Shown here: one piece after another, positions 12,462-24,244 of the stretch
How the letters are laid out: the number at the start of each line of letters is the position of its first letter
Position numbering within the stretch: the stretch's first letter is position 1
NCBI GenBank assembly: GCA_020184695.1
Contig: JAANOX010000117.1
Location: 186,001 to 250,000 of the forward strand
Direction of reading: 5' to 3'
Length of the DNA: 64,000 nucleotides
Origin: Histomonas meleagridis 2922-C6/04-290x
Taxonomy: Eukaryota; Protista; Parabasalia
Program-made: the position numbers and the translations under genes
Notes under the pieces: model-generated
What the model saw: only the letters and a program-made list of their open reading frames with translations
Told to the model about the DNA's origin: nothing
Database searches by the model: none

Positions 12462-14744
12462 TGACATAATAATACAAAACACAGAGATGCTTCAACTCTA
12501 AATTCCTCAATATTTTTTCGTTGGGCTTCATAATATATAAAAAAATCTCGGGTATTGAGTTTATACATTTTTAGACAATTTCGACTGCTGAGATCTCCGT
12601 CTGATCAATTTTTCATAAGTGTTAATATTAGCTTTAAAATGTTTATAATATAAAAAATTTTAAACACAAGATGAGGTGATTTCTAAGGATATACTCCACT
12701 TTCGATCAGATTTCACTTTTTGAATCAAACCGAAAAATGATAAAAAAATCTTTTGTTCATATTTCGATAAACATTGAAGATATTTATAAAATAATAATAA
12801 AACTTGTTTAAATAGATCGCAGTCTTTTTGTACAATATGTTTTTTTATAATATAATTAAGTAAATATTCGGATAACAAATTCGTTAATTATTTGAGGCCT
12901 ATCATAAATATAAAATTAAAATAATTATAAATTTTTATTATCACGATTAAATTCTTTATTAATCTTGTGTATTTTTGATGCAATACGATGACGAGACATC
13001 AAATCAATAAATAATAAACTACATTAACATGGAATATTTTGAATTAAAATTTTCAATTATAATTTGGTCATATATTGACGAAGATGAGTAGTAAAAAATC
13101 TTGCAAGATTTAATAAAGATTGAAAATTCGAACTCGTTGTGATATTTTGAATTAAATTTTTACTGAAATAAGGTGTTCGAGGTACAATTTTGTATACACT
13201 TTAATGCCGAATTGAATCCAACTTTTTTATCATTGTTGGTGATGTATTCACCATTCAACTTTTTTGATATTATAATATCAAATGATTACATCAACGACGA
13301 AAATTGCTTTAATGGAATCAGACACATTTTCCAATTAGTTGATCTAAATATGCTGTTCCAAAGCTCCATGTTTGATGACTTTTATATATATTTGCAAGAT
13401 ACATTGTTGAGTATTTCGAATATAGATTTTGTTTTGCCATTGCAATCACTTATAGATATTCAATGAAATTAGAAAATGAAAAATACATTATTAATTAATT
13501 AATTACATCACATTCGTAAAGTTTTTAATTTTTCGAAATAAACTAGTAAAATTTTAGAATATTAATATCTCATGATTCACAATAATAACTTCCACGATAA
13601 CGTATTACTATGAAGCAAGTATATATGGCATCATGAATATAGATATCAATAATTAAATTTCGAAAAATAAATTCGAGGTGAAAATCTCTAAAATCGATTT
13701 ATGTAATAATGATGATAGAACAACGTAACTATCAAAAACTAAATAATATAAACACATTTCCGCACACATTCGAATCGAGTACTATAAAATTATATCAATT
13801 ATTATTTGATAATTATATTTTATCGCAAAAATATATTGGGTTTAAAAGAACTCCACTTCAGATCTCACACTAAAAATTGTATGTTAAATTTTACTAGGAA
13901 ATTATCGATAAAATTTTCTCAAAATGATATCAATGAATATATGCCTTGTTTTGTTATGTAAATATAAATATATGAAAAAAATTCAAATATTTTTAAATAA
14001 AAATTTTCGAATTAATGAAAAAATTTGAATAATGAAAAAATAAACGCTAATTTTTTTGATATTCTATATTTTTGATTTTCAATTCGAATATATGATCGAA
14101 TAGGCATTCGTCTGAAGTTGTGCGGAAATTACTCATCATTTAAAATTATTTAATGCATTTAGATAAAAATTAGAAATATTAATGTTTTTTTCTCACTTCA
14201 CCAGATTATTTCAGAAAATTGTATACTCTATAACGTATGTATTTTTTACAATAGGAGTAGATTCCTAAGATACTGTCAACCACCCTCCCCCTCATAGATA
14301 GCTTTTTGATTTTAAAATTATTTGTAATGTATTTAATACATATCAAATTTTAACATATAAGGACAGTAGACAAATTCTTATTAAGATATAATAATTTTTA
14401 AAAAATTTCCTCTGAATTTAGTCACTTTTCATTTAAATTAGTGTACGATACAATACACAAACGGTCATCTAAGCAAAGACTGGACATCCCAATTAACCAC
14501 ATCTAAACCAGTATATACAAGTATTGTTGAAAAAATGTTTAAAATATTTTTATTTTCTGTTTAATCTTGTGATTCTTTTTTGTGAGTATTGCTCACTCGT
14601 GGCGGAATAAATTGTTTCTATAATCATCCTATTTATAGAACAAACAAACTATAAAAAATTGCAATAACATATTATTGAATTTTTGCTTTGGTCGATGTGT
14701 ATATTGAAAATCTTGTATAACTTAAAAACAGAATAAAAACTAAA

Positions 14745-14766
14745 TATATATATATATATATATATA
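14745..14766. repeat. (TA)11 microsatellite
   Basis: Directly visible TA dinucleotide run. Confidence 0.9.
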
Positions 14767-15395
14767 AATTAATATTGAATATTATTAGTTCTATATATTC
14801 ATTTAATTTAAACTTTTGTATTAAATTCTGTAGCCCAAAAAAGCATCTTGAAATTTTTAATAAATGCATATGTTATTAAATAAAAGAAAAATCGTACAGA
14901 AAGAAATCTTTATATACCTCATTTAATAGAGATACAATCATAAAAAAATTATTTTTTACTCAATGAATTATATAGACAATTTATTGAAATTTAATTTCAA
15001 TATAATAATAACAATATTATATTCATACATATTCATAATGTAATTTGGAAAAATTTTACAAAATAATTGAGAAAAAATATGTATTTCATTATAATTTCGA
15101 TTTTTCATAAGAAATCATTTTATCAAAACACTATTCTGTCTCTTCAATACAATCCATTTTGTGAGTATATTTTCTATATATAAACTCGAATAACACATCC
15201 TTTAGGAAGATAATTTCATTTTAAAATCGGAGAACGTTAATTCACTTCACGTTGCCTCATGAAACAATTCAATTTTTCCCACAAAAACATGTTTTGAACA
15301 TTTGATTTACTCATTCAAAAATCAAGTCGATGCCGCATCATTGTGTACTTGGCGTTTTTTTGTCCAGGGCATTTTCAATTTGATTGTACATTATC

Positions 15396-17521
15396 ATGTT
15401 TCCATTATTACTATGTCTCATCAATGCAAATAAAATTAACTTACTAGTAAGCATTGAAGAAAACCATACTTTGTTGAATTGGACTGGGGTTTATGGTGAT
15501 CAAAATATATCTTATACTGCTTACTCTAAAAGCATTATATCTGATTGGCGACCACTTAGTGCATTCGATTTTGCGACAACAAAAAATGTCAATGTTCTTA
15601 ATGTATATCCTGTTGTTCTTGAGGATCAATATTATACAACATTTAATATTACAAATGGTTCATCTATGTATCTGCCACTATCTGCTGTATTGAAGGTTTG
15701 GATGGAAGGAGGCAATTATACTTACAATAATATATCATATAACTTCACTGCTTTGGGTACGAACCATAACTCAGGAGAACAAATTATTCATGTTACACCT
15801 GTTTCTAAAGGTGATTTTGATAAGATGAGTTTAGACGAAATGAAGAAGTATGATGTGATCGTAATTGGTTTCATGGATTCAAATGGCGACATGGGTACAT
15901 GGTTCCCTGAAGATGAAACTGTTCAACGCGTTTCAGAATATATTGATCTTGGTTATGGAGTTCTGTTTGGTCATGATGTTGTTGGATTTGTTTTTGGAAA
16001 TGAGCATGGATATGGACAAATTGCATCAAAATTTGGAATATTACTTGGAACAGATCAATCGCTACCTAATCTTACATCTGAAATATTTTCAAATGGTACA
16101 TTTTCAACAGGATGGATGCATTTTAGTGATGAATTTCGTGTTACGAAACGTGGGTTATTAACAAATTATCCATATTCAATTCCAGATGGTAATCTAACAT
16201 GCTTTGAAACGCACACATGTTCAAATGCAGCATTTGGAGATGTATGGGCAGAAATGGGTCGTAATACTCAAGCTGACATATATAATTATTCTAATTTTAC
16301 AGAAGCAGAAAATTATGCATGGAATTTAAGTGGATACACAGAACCAAGATATGGGAATCCGCATTATTATTTGACAACATATAAAAAAACACAGCAATGA
16401 TTCAAACAGGTCATACATTTGCGAGTGCGACATTATATGAACGACAACTTCTTACGAATACTATTTATTATTTATATCAAAAGACGTCACATCAATATTT
16501 ATATGATAATTCGATTGAAACGCCAACATTAAAATCACCAAACATTACTACATGTGGATATCGAAGTATTGAAATACAATGTAATAATAAAACAGAAACA
16601 ATTTTTTATAAAGTTATTGGAAATTCTACGAATGGTACAATATATGAATCAGAAGAAACAAAATTTAATGTTACATCATTTGCGACAAGATATTATTATA
16701 TTATTGATGAAAACGATTCAACAGTTATTACATATGAAAATTTAAATGAAGCAAATGAAACGAATGGATTTATAACTGATATTCCTAATGACAATGTTTA
16801 CATTCATGTTGCATCGTATGATAATTTTGGGAAACTGAGTGATACATCACATTTTTATATGGAAATATCTACAGAAACATTTACCAATTCAAATACATAT
16901 TCACAAAGTAACACATTTACTAAATCAAATACATATTCACAAAGTAACACATTTACTAATTCAAATACATTTACTAAATCAATTAAATTTTCTCAGTTAA
17001 ATACAATAACAAATTCATTTCTACATAATATAACTTTGTCTTTAACAGTTTCCTTAGTATATTCACTATCAATTACACAAACATTATCATTTTATGTTAC
17101 GCAAAAAAATTCATATTCGATTTGTATTGTTAATTCATCAAATGTTTATATTGAAACGGAATTTATCTTTTATGATTACACAATAGTTATATACACAATG
17201 ATTTATAGTTATTACTCCAATTTCTTCACTATTATATATACAAACGAACAATTACAATCTGATAATGTGAATAAAAATATAATAATTATTTCTGTATGCG
17301 TTTCCATTATAATAGTAATTGTAATTATCGTTCTCATTGTAATAATAATTCGTATTCGAAATAATAAACAAATAAGTAATGACATAATTTATGAGAATGA
17401 TAATGACGAAGAAAAGAATGAAAGTACAAATACATTTATAGGCGGAATGTCAAATAAAAATATCGAAGAAGACCCATTTGCAGTTGATTTTAATGATGAG
17501 AAATTTAATGTTCAAATATAA
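15396..17521 (+). CDS. Type I surface protein, paralogue 2; +2 frameshift in A-run near 16383-16389
   Basis: Near-identical to paralogues 1 and 3 over the ectodomain. TATAAAAAAACACAG versus TATAAAAACACAG in the other copies. Distinct stalk/TM/tail ending IEEDPFAVDFNDEKFNVQI. Confidence 0.8.
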
Positions 17522-17819
17522 TTTTAGAATAAATGAGACATTAGTAAAAATAGTAAAATGATTTTTTTTCCTATTTGAAAATTTGAAACTAAAGTAGGCA
17601 CCTATAAATAGTTTTTAGCAAACAAATAAAAGATCATATTTTTAATATAGATACGACTGTTTTCATTTGTTGAATTGTAATTGCAGTCCTTGTAAATAAT
17701 CATAATATATATATAAACTTACCATTTATCAGCCATAAGCTTTGACTTAAATAGTAATTCCCGAAAGTTATGATTTCAAGCCAATTGACAATTAACAAGT
17801 TTTCATTAACGGTTAATTG

Positions 17820-17861
17820 AATAGGGGTACCCCTATTATGTCTGGAAAGAAATATTCCAGA
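17820..17861. repeat. Perfect 18-bp palindrome followed by a 7-bp-stem hairpin
   Basis: AATAGGGGTACCCCTATT (17820-17837) and TCTGGAA-agaaata-TTCCAGA (17841-17861). Confidence 0.85.
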
Positions 17862-18166
17862 AATTAATTAATGCCTTTGTCTCATCTGACTTCTCTGATG
17901 ACACAGATCAAATGAACAAATAAGTAAATTTACCTTAACAAAAAAAATAATTTTTCACTAGATCAATGGAAAGATATGAACAATGGCATTACGGTAAATC
18001 GATTTTATGTTTGTAAAAATAATTTTGAGATAAGTGATATAGAGGTTTCTACACCTATAGAATGCACAACATTGAATTTCATGGCATGCTAAAACATAAA
18101 AAAAAATTGTTATTACATATAGCTTTTATCAATTTTCTTAGGAGATTATTTTTATAAAATTACTTC

Positions 18167-20530
18167 TTACATAAATAGTTGAACTATTTCATCATATCCT
18201 TTCGAAGATGCTATCATAAAAGCTGTTTCAAATTATTAATATTAATACCAAATATTATTTTGAAATATCATATTATAAAAATAAATTTTAAATAAAACAT
18301 ATAAATGTTTTTAATATTAATATCAATTTCTTCTTGTTTAAGAAGTAATTTCATTATTTCTATCTGATTATTTCTACATGCAACCATTAGAGCTGTTTCA
18401 AATTATTTTAATTAACTCCAGAAATTATTTTAAATTATTAAACGAATAAAACAAAATTTAAATAATACAAAAAAATATTTTTAGCATTAATGTCAATACC
18501 TTCTTGTTCAAGAAGTAATTCACCATTATCTATTTCGTCAATATCAGAAGCATATTTAATTACAGTAAAAAATATTTTAAATAATTTCCAAATATTTTAT
18601 CGAAACATTAATAAAACAAAATAAAAAATATTTTTAACATTTTCATCAATACCTTCTTGTTCAATAAATAATTGAACTATATCTATTTTACCATTTCTAG
18701 ATGCCCATATAAGTGCTGTATTAAATATTTTCAATAATTACCATGTTTCATTTAGAAATATCAAAATATTAAATGAAGTTTTAAATAAAACAAATTTCAC
18801 ATCTTTAGAATTAAGATTTATTCTTTCTTGTTCAATAAGTGATTTAACTGTTTCGATTTAACCATTTTTAGATGCTTTAATTAATGATGTTTCAAATTAT
18901 TTGAAGAAATTCCAAATTTTATTATGAAATATCAAATTGTAAATATAAATTTTAAATTAAGTTTTTAAATATCTTTTGCATTAATATCAATTTTTTCTTG
19001 TTCAAGTAATAACTCTAAGATTTGGATAAAACCATTTTCAGCTGCATACATTAGTGCTGTTTTAAATAATTTGAATTATTTCCAAATTTTATTATGAAAC
19101 ATCAAATTATTAAAAATAATTTTAAATCAAATTTTCAAATATCTTTTGCATTAATATCAATTCCTTTTTGTTCAAGAAGAAATTTAACTTCTCTAATTTT
19201 ATTATTTTTAACTGAATTAATAAGTAGTGTTTCAAATACATGAAATAATTTCCAAATTTTATTATGAAATATCAAATTATTAAAATAAATTATAATCAAA
19301 ACTTAAAAACTTTCCCATTAATATTAAAATTATTCCCTTTATATGTAATAAGTAAGTTAAATATATCAAAATGTCCATTTTGAAACGCATATTTTATTGC
19401 TGTTTGAAATTTTTTGAATAATTTCCAAATTTTATTGAGAAACATCAAATGGTTAAAATCTATTTTGAATGAATTTCTTAAATATCTTTAATATTAACAT
19501 CAATTTCTTTTCTTTCAAGAAGTAATTTAACTATTAAACCTTTACCATTTTTAGCAGCATGAATTAGTGCTGTTTTAAAAATATTAAATAATTTCCAAAT
19601 ATGAATTTGAAATATTAAATTATTAAAACAATTTTTAAGTAAAACAAATAAATATCTTTCAAATTAATGTTTATTTCTTTATATACAATAAGTTTTTTAA
19701 CCATTTCAACGTTACCAACTTCAGATGCGATCATAAGTTTTGTTTTAAATGATATGAACAAATTCCAAAACTTAATTTAAAATATCAAATAACAAAAACA
19801 AATTTTAAGTATAACAAATAAATATCTTTTTCATTTCCATGATTAACAATTTGATTATGTTCAACAATTAATTTAAGGATTGCTCTTGACTTAACTCTTG
19901 CATAATCAATGGCTGTCATAAATACTTTAAATAATTTCCAAATATTTTTTTGAAAATTGAAATTATTATAATAAACGCAAAATAAAACAAATAAATATTT
20001 TTAGCATTAACATCAATTCCTTTTCTTTCAAGAAGTAATTTAACTATTTCTATATAACCATTCATAGTTGCCCATGTAATTGCACTTCCAAAAATTATGT
20101 TGAATCACAAATTATTATATTGGAATTTGATAATATTAAAACATATTAATTATAATATAAAAAAAAAAACATCACTATAACTCCAATCAATTCCTGGTTG
20201 TTTAAGAAGTAATTTAACAACTTCTGTATGACCATTCTTAGATGCTAAAATAAGTGCTGTGCCAAATAACTTAAATAATTTTCAAATATGATTTTCAAAA
20301 TTGAAACAAAATGAATTAACATCAAACATAACAAACAGAGAATTTTTTGATTAATATCAAAACCTTTATGTTGAAGTAATAATTTAACTACTTCAGTAAA
20401 ACCATCTTCACATGCTAAGATAAATGGTGTTTTAAATAATTCATATAATTTCTAAATATTATTTTGAAATATAAAATCATAGATTGTATTTATAATAGTT
20501 CACATAATGTGAAGAAATTTTGATCAATAA
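18167..20530 (-). pseudogene. Ankyrin-repeat array (14 repeats) with every inter-repeat loop split by 17-nt inserts; 5' end missing, one in-frame TAA
   Basis: 90-93 nt segments translating as TALxxAxxNGHxEIVKLLLEQEGIDINAKD, separated by gaps of 80 nt (11 cases), 84, 81 and 63 nt. In-frame TAA at 18858-18860; ends QLFM* at 18167. Confidence 0.8.
18227..20510 (-). other. Clusters of 17-nt inserts separated by single codons (array D, 14 clusters)
   Basis: Example 19823->19744: GAT|ATTTATTTGTTATACTT|AAA|ATTTGTTTTTGTTATTT|GAT|ATTTTAAATTAAGTTTT|GGA|ATTTGTTCATATCATTT|AAA|ACA = D-K-D-G-K-T. Confidence 0.88.
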
Positions 20531-20751
20531 AAAAAATATATTAAATTCCGTATCATAATTCTAATATTATAAGTCGGATGCTTCTTAAAGTACTCATAAT
20601 TTGTCATTTTTTTATCTGATAAAATTGTTATATTCAATACTTCTTCATTATGTAATAATATATAAATAGTAAAAAATGTTTTTCATGAATATTTACTGTG
20701 TAATATTATTTGTAATTTGTAATTTATATGAAATTAATGAAACAGCACCTC

Positions 20752-21103
20752 ATTGCAGGCTTGGGCAATGTTGGCCAATTTCAATTTACGGTTGTTGAAA
20801 ATTGACCAATGTTGAAAAAAGTGCCAAAATAAAATTGAAAATTGATTAATTTAATTAACCTTAAATTGACAATTGGCCAATTTTAATAACCGTGAATTGG
20901 GAATTGGCCAATTTCATGTTTGTGTTCCGTCACTTTTTTCAATTTAGGTCAATTTACGGTTCGATAAATTGAAATTGACCTGGTTAACCTTATTAATATG
21001 ATGGCACTTCCCAATTTACGGTTATTGAAATCGGTCAATTTTCAATGTGGTTATTCAAATTGGCCAATTTAATTTTCAACATTGCTTGCTTGCCTGCCTC
21101 AAT
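20752..21103. mobile_element. MITE-like element (about 350 bp) with imperfect terminal inverted repeats and internal AATTGGCCAATT palindromes
   Basis: Left end ATTGCAGGCttggGCAATGTTG versus reverse complement of right end ATTGagGCAGGCaagcaaGCAATGTTG. Repeated TTGGCCAA and AATTTACGGTT motifs. GC is higher than the flanks and there is no coding capacity. No clear TSD. Confidence 0.55.
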
Positions 21104-21299
21104 ACGACAAGTTCATTATGCAGTTGCAAAAGTTCTTTTTATACAAAAAGGAATCGATAAAAATGCTAAAAATATCAATTTGTTTGATTCAGAAAATATT
21201 TTAGTAATTTTTTCTAAAATATTATAAACAGCACTTTGAGCTTTCTTAAGTGGTCATGCATAAATAGTTAAATTACTTATGGAACAAAAATATTATGAT

Positions 21300-21620
21300 A
21301 TCAATACTAAAGATATTTATTTCATTTTGTATTAATTTTAATCATTTGGTATTTTCAAATAATATTCGGAAATATTGATATGATTTAGAACAGCACTCAT
21401 TGAAGCATCTGAAAACGATTATACAGGAATAGTTAGATTACTTCTTGAAGGAGAAGGAATTGATATTAATATTAGAGATATTACTTTGATTTATTTAAAG
21501 AATTTTTGAAAAATTTGATATTTCATATAAACATTTGGAATTACTTATAAACATTTAAAACAGTGCATATGGTAGCATTAAAAAAATATGAATCCAGATA
21601 TAACCCAAATGACGTAATAC
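21300..21620 (+). pseudogene. Ankyrin-repeat remnant with 17-nt insert clusters
   Basis: Segment 21390-21479 = TALIEASENDYTGIVRLLLEGEGIDINIRD. The 80-nt gap 21480-21559 decodes to K-D-G-K. The upstream gap is degenerate (75 nt). Confidence 0.7.
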
Positions 21621-22222
21621 AGTTTTTCTTTTGAAACCTATTGATCAAATTATGGTTTACACATTCATAAAGTATTCAATAAATTGTTGTGGCGGGCATC
21701 ACTTTTTTAATCGGACTGTATTTTGCCAAACCGTTTTTCATTTTATATTTTCATTTAAAATATATGTCATTTATATTTTTATTGAAAATCAAATTGATAG
21801 GATAATGATTTCTTTTAAAAAGTGAAATCATTCTCTATCGTTCTAAATTTACCCTTCAAAAATCGATTGAGAGGATTTGAAGGTTTGGTCTGCGGTTGAT
21901 CCATAGTTAATTGTTTTGCTTTATTTTTTTTAGCTGATTCCCAGCAAGAAATTCTAAACATTTGCAATGATTCACAAAATCATTCGAACTCACAGTTGTT
22001 GGTTAAGATGCTGCTGCCCCAGATCCAACAGCAAAGAATAAAAAAAAAGGTGAAAGAATTTATAGAGGCAGAATTTTGATAATCTCAATTTTTTCCACAA
22101 AAATTGTATAACTATTGAATATGTGATCTCACTTATTCAAAAACCAAGTAAAAAAAATGCCGCATTGCGTTTTTAACGTTTTTTGTGTGTTCGCTGAATT
22201 TTTAATTTCATTCCTGAACATC

Positions 22223-24244
22223 ATGTTTCCATTATTACTATGTCTTATCAATGCGAATAAAATTAACTTACAAATAAGCATTGAAGAAAAACATACTTTG
22301 TTGAATTGGACTGGGGTTTATGGTGATCAAAATATATCTTATACTGCTTACTCTAAAAGTATCTTATCTGATTGGCGACCACTTAGCGCATTTGATTTTG
22401 CGACAACAAAAAATGTCAATGTTCTTAATGTATATCCTGTTGTTCTTGAGGATCAATATTATACAACATTTAATATTACAAATGGTTCATCTATGTATCT
22501 GCCACTAACTGCTGTGTTGAAGGTTTGGATGGAAGGAGGCAATTATACTTACAATAATATATCATATAACTTCACTGCTTTGGGTACGAACCATAACTCA
22601 GGAGAACAAATTATTCTTGTTACACCTGTTTCTAAAGGTGATTTTGATAAGATGAGTTTAGACGAAATGAAGAAGTACGATGTGATCGTAATTGGTTTCA
22701 TGGATTCAAATGGCGACATGGGTACATGGTTCCCTAAAAATGAAACTGTTCAACGCGTTTCAGAATATATTGATCTTGGTTATGGAGTTCTGTTTGGTCA
22801 TGGTGTTGTTGGATATGTTTTTGGAAATGAGCATGGATATGGACAAATTGCATCAAAATTTGGAATATTACTTGGAACAGATCAATCGCTACCTAATCTT
22901 ACATCTGAAATATTTTCAAATGGTACATTTTCAACAGGATGGATGCATTATAGTGATGAATTTCGTGTTACGAAACGTGGGTTATTAACAAATTATCCAT
23001 ATTCAATTCCAGATGGTAATCTAACATGCTTTGAAACGCACACATGTTCGGATGCAGCATTTGGAGATGTATGGGCAGAAATGGGTCGTAATACTCAAGC
23101 TGACTTATATAATTATACTAATTTTACAGAAGCAGAAAATTATGCATGGAATTTAAGTGGATACACAGAACCAAGATATGGGAATCCGCATTATTATTTG
23201 ACAACATATAAAAACACAGCAATGATTCAAACAGGTCATACACTTGCAAATGCGACATTATATGAACGACAACTTCTTACGAATACTATTTATTATTTAT
23301 ATCAAAAGACGTCACATCAATATTTATATGATAATTCGATTGAAACGCCAACATTAAAATCACCAAACATTACTACATGTGGATACAGAACTGTTGAATT
23401 AAGCACAAATAATGAAACTGAAACAATTTTTTATAAAGTTATTGGAAATTCTACGAATGGAACTATATATGAATCAGAAGAAATTCTTTTTAATTTAACA
23501 TCTTTTGCAACAGGATATTATTATATCATTGATAACAATGATTCAACAATTTTAACCTTAGAAAATTTAAATAATGCAAAAATAACGAAAAGAATTATTA
23601 CAGATATTTTAAATGAAAGTGTTTACATTCATGTTGCATCGTATGATAATTTTGGGAAACTGAGTGATACATCCCATTTCTTCATGGAAATATCAACAAA
23701 TACATTTACTAAATCGAATACATTTACCAATTCAAATACATATTCACAAAGTAACACATTTACTAAATCAAATACATTTACTGATTCAAACACATTTTCT
23801 AGTTCAAATTCATTTACTTCATCAGTTCCATTTGATGCAACTCTTTCACATACATTCGTCATTAGTTATTCATATTTTATTACACAAACAATTACAATTC
23901 AAAGTAAATATATGAATACGTATACATTTTCTATGTCAGATTCGACATTCATTTATATTAATACAATCTTTGTTTATTATGAACAATATGTTATTACATA
24001 TTCAACATATTATTCATTTTATTCCGATTTTTATCTTATTCTTTCACGAACGGAAGATACTAATACGAAAAGTCAATATTTTAGTCAAGGAGAACTTGTT
24101 GGTATTTCATGTGGATCTGTTGCCATCATATTAATAATTGTTGGTATTATTATTTTTGTTGTTAAACATCAGAAAGCACCATCAGAAGCGAGTCAAGCAT
24201 TTGATTATGGAGAAATGAAATTGAAAAATATTGACGATATTTAA
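22223..24244 (+). CDS. Type I surface protein, paralogue 3 (intact)
   Basis: Single ORF: signal peptide MFPLLLCLINA, YDVIVIGFMD...GVLFGH ectodomain, YYYIID...VYIHVASYDNFGKLSDTSHF module, SNTFTK repeats, TM helix, short tail. Confidence 0.88.
   Translation: MFPLLLCLINANKINLQISIEEKHTLLNWTGVYGDQNISYTAYSKSILSDWRPLSAFDFATTKNVNVLNVYPVVLEDQYYTTFNITNGSSMYLPLTAVLKVWMEGGNYTYNNISYNFTALGTNHNSGEQIILVTPVSKGDFDKMSLDEMKKYDVIVIGFMDSNGDMGTWFPKNETVQRVSEYIDLGYGVLFGHGVVGYVFGNEHGYGQIASKFGILLGTDQSLPNLTSEIFSNGTFSTGWMHYSDEFRVTKRGLLTNYPYSIPDGNLTCFETHTCSDAAFGDVWAEMGRNTQADLYNYTNFTEAENYAWNLSGYTEPRYGNPHYYLTTYKNTAMIQTGHTLANATLYERQLLTNTIYYLYQKTSHQYLYDNSIETPTLKSPNITTCGYRTVELSTNNETETIFYKVIGNSTNGTIYESEEILFNLTSFATGYYYIIDNNDSTILTLENLNNAKITKRIITDILNESVYIHVASYDNFGKLSDTSHFFMEISTNTFTKSNTFTNSNTYSQSNTFTKSNTFTDSNTFSSSNSFTSSVPFDATLSHTFVISYSYFITQTITIQSKYMNTYTFSMSDSTFIYINTIFVYYEQYVITYSTYYSFYSDFYLILSRTEDTNTKSQYFSQGELVGISCGSVAIILIIVGIIIFVVKHQKAPSEASQAFDYGEMKLKNIDDI

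Noticed and set aside
12600-14000. Short ORFs such as 13173..13466 and 12660..12878
   Set aside because: The sequence looks like a decayed gene, but no family could be recognised and there is no ATG-to-stop model; too weak to annotate.
18227-20510. CRISPR-like array (regular repeat/spacer period of 170 nt)
   Set aside because: The conserved units are ankyrin coding segments in a eukaryotic genome, and there are no cas genes or short palindromic repeats.
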